From positions 1 through 43,326 of the IMG/VR virus record IMGVR_UViG_3300048783_000008: a stretch of DNA of 43,326 nt. One strand, 5' to 3'. The notes under the pieces were generated by a model. It was not told the origin of the DNA, did not search any database, and saw only the letters and a list, made by a program, of their open reading frames with translations. Each line of letters opens with the position of its first letter. Within the stretch, counting starts at the first letter, position 1. The DNA comes from a virus (lineage: Duplodnaviria; Caudoviricetes). Positions 36,000-43,326 of the stretch are shown piece after piece. Made by a program: the position numbers and the translations under genes.

Positions 36000-37205
36000 T
36001 TATACCTCGGATACACCAGTAAGGGCTCCAAGGCCATTCCGCTGACGAATACCGAGCTCGAAGTACCGCTTCATGAGCACGTCGAAGGCATCTACGTTCG
36101 GGACCTGAACGAACATTGAACCTGTCTTTTCCTCAAAGTGCCAGTCCTTCGTGTGATAAACACGCATCTGGGACTCTGGGACTGCATAAAGACGGCCACG
36201 AGGACAATCAGGGTCTTCAACCATCGGCATATCCTTGCCTGCATAGTTGAACTTGAGCCCACTGAAACCACCAGAGAACTCCATAGTACCCTGATAGCGC
36301 CTCTGCTGAGTAAGTAGTGCGAAATACGCACGACGTACACCAAGTGAGGTGAACATTACCGAAGGAGTACCACCGGCCCGACGGCACTGATCCAAAAGGC
36401 TAAGGATTACGCCTTCTGAAATAGCTCCGTTAAGTGCAACCGTGTTAGCCTTCCACACTGGATCGTTAAGGCCGAATAGGTTGATCGTATTATCGGCCAT
36501 ACGAGCCAGACCAGATGGCTCACGCTGAGCAATAACAGTAGCCAAGTTGTAGTTACCGGCACGAGTAATACGCTGTAGACCAGTACCTGTAGAGGTAACT
36601 GATACACCAAATGTTACGGTGTTGAGTACGTAGTCAACAGCCGTAATTGTATTGGACTGACCACCAGTAGCGTAAGCATCAGTAGCGTTTGTAAGAACGT
36701 CAACCGCTGCATCAACTTCTAGCCAGTACGCATCATCAACGGTATGTGTTACGGATGCCGTTGAGTCAGTAAGCGTTGCAATAGTACCTCTACCATCACC
36801 ATAGAAGATACGGTTCTGGTCCTTGGCTACTGAATCCTTAAGGACATCGAACTCGTTAGTGACTGCGTTGGCGAAAGCCTGTACATCAGTCTCTGCGATT
36901 TCGAAGATTTGACCCTGGATACGAGTACGCCCATAACCGGAGTACAAGGGGACCTGTACTTCCTTGAGACGAGCACGACCGAAGTCGCCAAGTGTCTCGT
37001 TCTCAGCTCGGAAGCTGATTCCCTGGTTCTTACCAACCAGGACTGGGAAATCGACGTAACGACCACCGGCCTTATGGGTTACACCCTTGTTCGAAGATGC
37101 AATCCGCTGAGTCAGAACAGTTTCAAACTGAATCTGCTTAGCAATTGGTTCCTCGTAGATGACCTTAAGGATCGGAGTGATCGACGTCGTGTTGACGTTG
37201 ACCAT
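36000..37205 (-). CDS. Major capsid protein
   Basis: 401 aa after the scaffold; HK97-fold-like patterns (RIFYGDG.G, MVEDPDCP.G); AGGAG SD; downstream hairpin. Confidence 0.85.
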   Translation of the reverse strand: MVNVNTTSITPILKVIYEEPIAKQIQFETVLTQRIASSNKGVTHKAGGRYVDFPVLVGKNQGISFRAENETLGDFGRARLKEVQVPLYSGYGRTRIQGQIFEIAETDVQAFANAVTNEFDVLKDSVAKDQNRIFYGDGRGTIATLTDSTASVTHTVDDAYWLEVDAAVDVLTNATDAYATGGQSNTITAVDYVLNTVTFGVSVTSTGTGLQRITRAGNYNLATVIAQREPSGLARMADNTINLFGLNDPVWKANTVALNGAISEGVILSLLDQCRRAGGTPSVMFTSLGVRRAYFALLTQQRRYQGTMEFSGGFSGLKFNYAGKDMPMVEDPDCPRGRLYAVPESQMRVYHTKDWHFEEKTGSMFVQVPNVDAFDVLMKRYFELGIRQRNGLGALTGVSEV

Positions 37206-37218
37206 CTAATTCTCCTAG

Positions 37219-38061
37219 TTACTGTTGTTTCAACTGACCCAGCATTGTTGCTAGAGCAGTTGCACGGTCTTCCGATGAATTAAGCGGGCCAGGAGCCGCC
37301 GGTGGAGCAGAAGACGCAGACATATTAGCCGGTGGCCTATTCTGGGCAGCGACCGCAGCCTGAATCTCGTTCTTCCACGATTGAACCGCAGCATCAATCG
37401 ACAGCCCTTGATTGGCCATCAATTGAAGTACGTACAACTCATTAAACTGGCCATGCTTATTCTTGGCCTCTGTCATAATTTGATCTAGCTGTCGATCAGC
37501 TTCGGCTTGTTCCCTAGCATTCTGCTGTGCAGCAACCTGCTGGGCCATTGCACCGAAAGCTGTTTCAAGCCGAGTTAGCTTAGTACCAACCTCAGGAGGA
37601 AGCCCAGGCTGTTGTACTTGAACCGGGTTCCCGTCAGCATCGAAGTACTGTGGAGCTTGCTGCTGAGGTTGTTGACCCGCTGGTTTGTAGAAACCATTCT
37701 GAACTAGAACGTCTACGAAACCCTGTGGGTCCGTCTTAAGCTGTTCGATAATATTCTTGATCTGAGCTAGTTCTTCGGCAGAGCCAAGTTGGGTATAGGG
37801 TTGCAGCTGCTGATTAATTCGTTGTGAATGCTGCTGAAATCCTTGATCCCAATTTCTTACATACTCCGAAGCCTTAGGCCGTTCGTTCTCTGGAAGCTGG
37901 GCGAGCCAGTTCTGAGCGTAAGGCGAAAGACCATTAGTATCGTAAGAGCCACCGGGAGGCTGTTCAGCACTAGGTTCAGTTGACGCTTCGGTACTAGAGT
38001 CAGTTGTACTTGACTCATCCATAGCGTTAATAAGACCAGCTGAGAGGTCCTCTCCAGCCAT
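37219..38061 (-). CDS. Capsid scaffolding protein
   Basis: Acidic/Q-rich helical protein directly upstream of the capsid. Confidence 0.75.
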   Translation of the reverse strand: MAGEDLSAGLINAMDESSTTDSSTEASTEPSAEQPPGGSYDTNGLSPYAQNWLAQLPENERPKASEYVRNWDQGFQQHSQRINQQLQPYTQLGSAEELAQIKNIIEQLKTDPQGFVDVLVQNGFYKPAGQQPQQQAPQYFDADGNPVQVQQPGLPPEVGTKLTRLETAFGAMAQQVAAQQNAREQAEADRQLDQIMTEAKNKHGQFNELYVLQLMANQGLSIDAAVQSWKNEIQAAVAAQNRPPANMSASSAPPAAPGPLNSSEDRATALATMLGQLKQQ

Positions 38062-38085
38062 GTATCACCCCTTGGTAGATTGGAT

Positions 38086-38937
38086 TTAACTTACAAACCC
38101 TGGATAGTTAGTCATCCATACTTCGAACTCACCCATTGCTACACGAGCAACGGCTGAAATATCGAAGCCCACGTTGAGTCCGGTCATTGATACGACAGCG
38201 GCGTTTAGAGTCCACTCATCGTACTTCGTACCGTTCAAGTAGAACTGTCCTACAGTGCCATTCTGACGAAGCGCATAGGCAGAGTTACCAAGCGGTTCGG
38301 CAGCAGGTACTGTAATTGTCCGCTCAGTAGTCGGAGTAGTTGCTACAGTACGAGTAATCGTAACTGTTGTAGCGTTAGTCCGTACCATTGAGAGGAAATC
38401 AGTTGATGCCGTCCGCTTACATGACATTACTGGACCCTGGCCGGCCGTAGACTCACCGTGAGTAAGCCATACCCATACAAGGTTATCAGTAAAGCCAGCC
38501 GGCAGAGTGACTGTAGAAAGACCAGTAGCGGCCTGTAGCCTAACACCATCAATAACCTGACCAGATGCCAGAGTAAGCGTCTTACCGGTTACATCTGTGT
38601 CAGTCGTACCCTGGACACCGCCAGCACCGCTAGTATATCGAAGCTGAGCAGCCGGTGAATACGCAGCCAACAGATTTGGTACACGCTTAGCTAGGTCATT
38701 GTAATTACCTAGAGCATTCCCAAATCTACCGTACACGTTTCGGTAATTGAAAATGATATCGTTCCACGTGGGTGGAAACGCAAGTGATCGACCTGTCCGT
38801 GCCGCAATACTAGTCTCAACTAGATTACGAATTGCATAGCTACTTAGTGGGATTGAAGGGAATGGATCATTGAATCCATTGGCATCTGGCTTATCAAGGT
38901 ATTCTTCATCTGTACCAAGCTGTAATACCGCACTCAC
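38086..38937 (-). CDS. Putative virion protein with C-terminal beta-sandwich
   Basis: T-rich beta C-terminal half; lies between portal and scaffold. Confidence 0.55.
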   Translation of the reverse strand: MSAVLQLGTDEEYLDKPDANGFNDPFPSIPLSSYAIRNLVETSIAARTGRSLAFPPTWNDIIFNYRNVYGRFGNALGNYNDLAKRVPNLLAAYSPAAQLRYTSGAGGVQGTTDTDVTGKTLTLASGQVIDGVRLQAATGLSTVTLPAGFTDNLVWVWLTHGESTAGQGPVMSCKRTASTDFLSMVRTNATTVTITRTVATTPTTERTITVPAAEPLGNSAYALRQNGTVGQFYLNGTKYDEWTLNAAVVSMTGLNVGFDISAVARVAMGEFEVWMTNYPGFVS

Positions 38938-41054
38938 TGTGGCGGGCCTCCCGAAGTAGTCTGAGGTTGACTAGGCGGTACTCCGCCCTGTGGCGCCATA
39001 GTAAGTCTGTTGATTTGACTACGTAAAGCCATCTCGTATTGAGGTGGTACTTGAGGAAGTTGACCCTGCTGCATGGCCATTTGGCTCTGTTGCATATATT
39101 GCTGACGCATTTGCATGAACATCTGGTCAGGCTGACCGGTCATTGGATCAATTGGAACCTGTACTCCTACTTCATTTAGAAATTGCTCCATATGGGTTAC
39201 CGTATGGTAAGCAATCATCATAGTAGCCTGCTGTGGCCACGACTCATATTCTTCACGCTTACGTGCGTTATCGTGTTCCTGAATGTGGATCAAATGCTCC
39301 TGCCACATTTGAACAGGCGTAAATACACCATTCGCCATACGAATGTTCTCTTTCTGAGCCTCCCGCTTATCAATCTGCATACCTTCATACAGTCGAGCGG
39401 TATCGCCCAGTTCCATTTGCTCAAGAGCGTCAGGTACAGCTACAGCACCCATCTTCATGAGTTCCATAATCTGGGCCTGCTTAGCTGAATAGCTCTGTGG
39501 CGTAGCTGAGCCTACTACAGCCCGCCAATTAGTCTGACCGGATAGATCAGACTTAGAGAACAAGTAGCTTTCGAAGCCACCATTACGACCAGCTACAGTA
39601 ATCATGCGCTGTGCGTCCCAATACTGACCTGTATAAGCTAGGCACTGCTGTAGTACAGTCTCCCAAGCCGTTTCCTTATCACGGAGCGTATCCATAATCA
39701 AAGCGTCTTGGTTCTCTTGTAGGTACGCAATAGCTGTAGCGGCCGTAACGCCATTAGGAATTGAGCTACCATCAGTATTCTCCTGGCTAGCTAATTCAGC
39801 CATTTCAACACTGATTCTATTTACATGGTCGACGATATAATTCGGAAGTCCTGCAATTTCAATTGGCTGAGGCGGCCTAGAACCTGGCCTAAACTCCACT
39901 ACCTCACCCGCAGCACCACGAAGCTTCTTCACGTCAACAGAACCAAGTTCCACAGCAAGTTGTGGTCTACCCATCCTGTTCTTATCCTCAATGATCTGGC
40001 TGCGTGTCCGATTGTACTCAACCTGTAGCGGCATCAAATCCTCTACAAGAGTTGCACCGTAGAAAATTGAGTTCTCGATGTAAGTCCGCTTAGCGAATGG
40101 GTACTTCCCGTGTACATACGGGTATTCCTCTAGTACTTCCAGGACTTTCTCCTGCGTACATGTGACTCTAGCACCCTTAGGGTGGTTCTTGTCCGGCTTA
40201 ATCCATATTTCACGGATTTCCACAGCCTTTTGCTTCGACGCATCCTGAGTCATTCCTTGAATAGCCATGAGACGTGACTCTAGCGTATTCGTAGCTACAG
40301 ACACGCCATCCATCTTAATACCGAAACGCTGTTCAACCCAATCTGGTGACTTCATAGTAACATGCATCACCCACTCTTGCTTCTGCAAATCTGGCTCATC
40401 CAGATTTGGGACCAAAATGTGAAATGGGTCAACGCATTCAACAACAGGACTACCATACAGCATAACGTGCTCTTGCTGCTGTTGCTGTTGCTGTTGCTGT
40501 CCATTCTGCATACCCATGCCCTGAGCCTGAGGAGGTAATTGCATATCCTGCTTACCATAGCCCATAGGCACAGATTCATCATAGTATGTCTTAAGGAAAG
40601 CTGTTCCACAGATTAACATCCACCAGTCACACTGCTTAAACCGCCAAGCTAGTTTCAGTTCATTGGTAATATAGTCAGCCAGTTGTTCAGCTCCCCTAGC
40701 AGCCGCCTGACTATTATCGTCAGTATTAGAAGGACTAACGAAACCCCTAACGCGCTCCTTATTAATCTTGGCGAGTTCCTTGCGAAGAATCCGCCTGGTC
40801 TTGTTAATGACAATGCGGACACGATTCCCCGGATTCAACGGCTCAATCATTCGGCCAACAGCTAAGGCACTGGATTCATAGTTCCACTGAATGTACTGCT
40901 TGCCGCTTACGAACGCCAAGTAAGTGTACCACTTCCGCTCGAAGCTCATACGAGCCATACGGGCCTGTTGGTACACGTTATTCCACTTCTCAGCGGTATC
41001 GGCAGAAGGCGTAGCTGTGCCACGATCTTCTGTTGTTGCCGTGTTATCAGCCAC
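38934..41054 (-). CDS. Portal protein (P22-like, ~700 aa)
   Basis: Size and position after terminase; G..FLK.YYD, VDPFHI, DLMPLQ.EYN, TAATAI..LQE patterns. Confidence 0.85.
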   Translation of the reverse strand: MADNTATTEDRGTATPSADTAEKWNNVYQQARMARMSFERKWYTYLAFVSGKQYIQWNYESSALAVGRMIEPLNPGNRVRIVINKTRRILRKELAKINKERVRGFVSPSNTDDNSQAAARGAEQLADYITNELKLAWRFKQCDWWMLICGTAFLKTYYDESVPMGYGKQDMQLPPQAQGMGMQNGQQQQQQQQQEHVMLYGSPVVECVDPFHILVPNLDEPDLQKQEWVMHVTMKSPDWVEQRFGIKMDGVSVATNTLESRLMAIQGMTQDASKQKAVEIREIWIKPDKNHPKGARVTCTQEKVLEVLEEYPYVHGKYPFAKRTYIENSIFYGATLVEDLMPLQVEYNRTRSQIIEDKNRMGRPQLAVELGSVDVKKLRGAAGEVVEFRPGSRPPQPIEIAGLPNYIVDHVNRISVEMAELASQENTDGSSIPNGVTAATAIAYLQENQDALIMDTLRDKETAWETVLQQCLAYTGQYWDAQRMITVAGRNGGFESYLFSKSDLSGQTNWRAVVGSATPQSYSAKQAQIMELMKMGAVAVPDALEQMELGDTARLYEGMQIDKREAQKENIRMANGVFTPVQMWQEHLIHIQEHDNARKREEYESWPQQATMMIAYHTVTHMEQFLNEVGVQVPIDPMTGQPDQMFMQMRQQYMQQSQMAMQQGQLPQVPPQYEMALRSQINRLTMAPQGGVPPSQPQTTSGGPPQ

Positions 41055-41075
41055 GCTAACTCCAAATTAGGGTAT

Positions 41076-41130
41076 AAAAAATGTGGAAGGGGGTAGCTCC
41101 GGCCTTCGGCCTCCGCCCCTACAGGGCGGA
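41076..41130 (-). terminator. Possible weak terminator/attenuator upstream of the portal
   Basis: TCCGCCC/GGGCGGA and GGCC/GGCC inverted repeats followed on the - strand by a T6 run. Confidence 0.3.
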
Positions 41131-41132
41131 TA

Positions 41133-41468
41133 TTAGGATTCAGCAAATCCTAGAAGCCTATTATCCTCTTCCAAGTCAATAATTACATTAGACATATCGG
41201 AGGCCAGAGTGAAATCATCGGCCAGGTCGTCGTTTGGCTCATCACTTAAGCTAATAAGTGAACGATCAACAGAATCGGCCAAGTGGTGGTACTCCGTATC
41301 GTTCCGAGCCACCAATTGGGCCATGTACTTATTAAGCTGCTGGCGTAGACTGTCCTTTTCGACTTCGTCCGCTGCTAGCTTCCGGACCGCTAGACTGTGC
41401 CACTTCCAGATCAACAAGCTCATCATGAACGATACGCACACGATTGACAAGCCGAGTAAGACGAGCAA
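41133..41468 (-). CDS. N-terminal TM plus coiled-coil protein (start revised to TTG 41468)
   Basis: AAGGA upstream of TTG; LLVLLGLSIVCVSFMMSLLIW helix; overlaps the upstream gene by 137 nt. Confidence 0.6.
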   Translation of the reverse strand: MLVLLGLSIVCVSFMMSLLIWKWHSLAVRKLAADEVEKDSLRQQLNKYMAQLVARNDTEYHHLADSVDRSLISLSDEPNDDLADDFTLASDMSNVIIDLEEDNRLLGFAES

Positions 41469-41823
41469 TTTCCTTGTCCTTTTCTTCAATGGTCCTATAG
41501 GCTGTACGGAGTTCGTCAGCGGGGCTGTATCCAACTAGGTTAGCCATGTGACGGAACATCTTCTCGCCAATATAGATTGCTCCGTCGTCGCTATCAATGC
41601 CTAGGTTAATGTACCACACGTCATCGAAGCTACCATCAACTGAGCAGGCCGGCAATGCCATTAGGTCCCTACGCTCACCGGGGATTACCCGCATATCGAA
41701 GTCTAAGCCTTCGTGGAATGGTTCTACAATACGGTGTATACGCAATTCGGCAAGAAGCTCCGGCCGATTCAGGAACTCCCGATCTAGTGTACCCTTGTTA
41801 TAAATCTCTAGTTCCACTACCAT
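41332..41823 (-). CDS. Hypothetical protein
   Basis: GGGAG SD; overlaps the terminase stop. Confidence 0.65.
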   Translation of the reverse strand: MVVELEIYNKGTLDREFLNRPELLAELRIHRIVEPFHEGLDFDMRVIPGERRDLMALPACSVDGSFDDVWYINLGIDSDDGAIYIGEKMFRHMANLVGYSPADELRTAYRTIEEKDKEIARLTRLVNRVRIVHDELVDLEVAQSSGPEASSGRSRKGQSTPAA

Positions 41824-43295
41824 TCACTCCCTAGGATTACGTGACTTGTCTGGTCACCGAAGTCTTCCAAATCTTCGGCGGCATAGAATGGGGACTCTGA
41901 CGGTGCTGCCTTAGCGGCCTGGATGAATGGGGCGCGTACTTCTCCAGCCCAGCCCTCGAACTCGTCCTCTGGCCGGCTCATAATTAGATAGCGTAGTGCA
42001 TCGCAGGCGTCGTCATTGATCTTACGCGGTTGGTCCTGAACTTTCTTGCTCTCATTCGTCTTACGGTTAGCGTAGCTGTCCCACCGGTAACTTTGCAACT
42101 CATTGATTAGGTTGGTACAATCCTCAGTTACAAATAGACCAATCTTCTCAATGTAAGCCCGGACCCGATTGAGGCCGGCTCTCATATCATTATTCGCAAG
42201 ACCAATGAAACGGCCGCACTCACTATAAAGACTACGAACCGACAGACCAGTAGCGGCGCTTCGCTGTTCAATTGAGGGGTCGCCGATGCAGTAAACAATT
42301 CGGTCCTTGAGGCCGGTCCATTCTTCCCATTCGTCGAGTGCTTTAGCGTGTTCAGCTACTGTACGTTCGGCCTCGTAGTACTCGTGAAACACGATGATAC
42401 GACCCTCGTTATCAACGTACCCGTAAAGCCATACAGTAGGATGGCGAAGGCCATGATCCATAGCAACATAAACAGGATTGGTAACTGACTGCGGATTGAT
42501 AGGAGGGATAATGTTATGGAGGCCAAAGCTCGGATAAACAAGTCCAGTTGCGGCCATGAACTTACCGTGTCGTCTGGCCTGCTTTTCTTCTGCGGACATT
42601 CCGGCAGTGATTTCATCAAGTACTTCCTTACTAACGTGGGGGTTATCCTCAGTTGAGCCAACGAACACGTCAGCATAAGGGCTCGCTTGACCCTTCTCAA
42701 CAACTGGTCTATAGTACTTTCTGTAGATCCATGTGAAGCCTAGTAGTGGAGTCATTGACATCCACCAGTCACCATTCACATCTACGAGGCGCAACATGTC
42801 TTCGTTGAAGATTGACTCCGGTGGTTCCTCATCCCACCACACAAAGTTACGGCTAGTACCTGCGTGCTTCTCTACGTCCTGTTCTGACGTAAGGAAGTCC
42901 ATCTTAGAGCCATTAATTAGGGTGAGGGTTCTAGACGAGGGGCTGTAACTTTCTGCCCAACTTCCGTTGATGAGGTATCGGGCTGGGAGCCATCGCTGGA
43001 TTTCGGGGAGCATGATCTTTCCAAGTCCCTGTTCAATGTCGACCGCAGTGCCGCGCCCGTAGACAGGAGGCTTTGGAGTTGACCTAAAAGGGTGGGTTCC
43101 GGTGAGATACCAAACGGACTCCACGGCACCCGATACTGTCTTCCCGACACGGTTGCCACCAAGTAGAAGACGCCCTCTTTTGGTAGATTTATGGAAGTTC
43201 TCCTGGACCCCTTTGTATGGCCTGTACCCGTAGATATTAGGCCGTTGGGCAGCTTGCCGGAGTTCGAACTTGAGTTGGTCAAGTAACTCTCCCAT
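41817..43295 (-). CDS. terL: Terminase large subunit
   Basis: GGNRVGKT Walker A, WWDEEP Walker B, MTP, AMDHG and DDACDALRY nuclease motifs. Confidence 0.95.
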   Translation of the reverse strand: MGELLDQLKFELRQAAQRPNIYGYRPYKGVQENFHKSTKRGRLLLGGNRVGKTVSGAVESVWYLTGTHPFRSTPKPPVYGRGTAVDIEQGLGKIMLPEIQRWLPARYLINGSWAESYSPSSRTLTLINGSKMDFLTSEQDVEKHAGTSRNFVWWDEEPPESIFNEDMLRLVDVNGDWWMSMTPLLGFTWIYRKYYRPVVEKGQASPYADVFVGSTEDNPHVSKEVLDEITAGMSAEEKQARRHGKFMAATGLVYPSFGLHNIIPPINPQSVTNPVYVAMDHGLRHPTVWLYGYVDNEGRIIVFHEYYEAERTVAEHAKALDEWEEWTGLKDRIVYCIGDPSIEQRSAATGLSVRSLYSECGRFIGLANNDMRAGLNRVRAYIEKIGLFVTEDCTNLINELQSYRWDSYANRKTNESKKVQDQPRKINDDACDALRYLIMSRPEDEFEGWAGEVRAPFIQAAKAAPSESPFYAAEDLEDFGDQTSHVILGSEW

Positions 43296-43326
43296 TAGAG
43301 GGAATCCTTAATTAAAACAGGGGTTA

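Noticed and set aside
2563-43282. Many antisense or nested ORFs in the track (e.g. 9599-10069, 14114-14524, 20700-21080)
   Set aside because: They are shadows of well-supported genes on the opposite strand or in another frame.
1-43326. TAG stop-codon recoding suggested by the abundance of TAG
   Set aside because: Core genes are intact in the standard code and several end in TAG directly before terminators or the next gene.
1-43326. tRNA genes, integrase/attP, introns/inteins, reverse transcriptase/DGR
   Set aside because: No cloverleaf with T-loop, recombinase motifs, interrupted core genes or RT motifs were seen by eye.

Overview
A near-complete ~43 kb dsDNA bacteriophage genome, probably infecting an actinobacterium (it carries WhiB and a sortase-type anchored protein). 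It has two convergent arms that meet at a bidirectional terminator at ~23,128-23,165. The + arm (1-23,124) holds small early genes, an SNF2-type helicase, a Zn deaminase, two peptidoglycan hydrolases (GH73-like glucosaminidase, and an amidase with PG-binding domains), DUF1599-like and DEDD exonuclease genes, a recombination/replication module (PD-(D/E)XK nuclease, Sak4-like ATPase, SSB-like protein, RepB-type primase-helicase, PolA), an Acb2/Tad1-like sponge candidate, WhiB and a RuvC-like resolvase. The - arm (43,295-23,179) holds terminase large subunit, portal, scaffold, capsid, short-tail adaptor/nozzle proteins, ejection proteins and a repeat-containing fibre. No tape measure or integrase was recognised, so it looks like a lytic podovirus. 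The most interesting signals are RNA-level: (1) a ~450-500 nt multi-domain structured non-coding region at ~10,185-10,686 with a 27-bp helix whose only mismatches are G-U wobbles, a candidate novel large phage ncRNA; (2) five intergenic hairpins of unrelated sequence sharing a 2x2 UU/UU internal loop, plus one UC/CU variant; (3) a probable non-canonical ACG start codon for the primase-helicase. All functional calls come from motif recognition by eye; no database searches were run.
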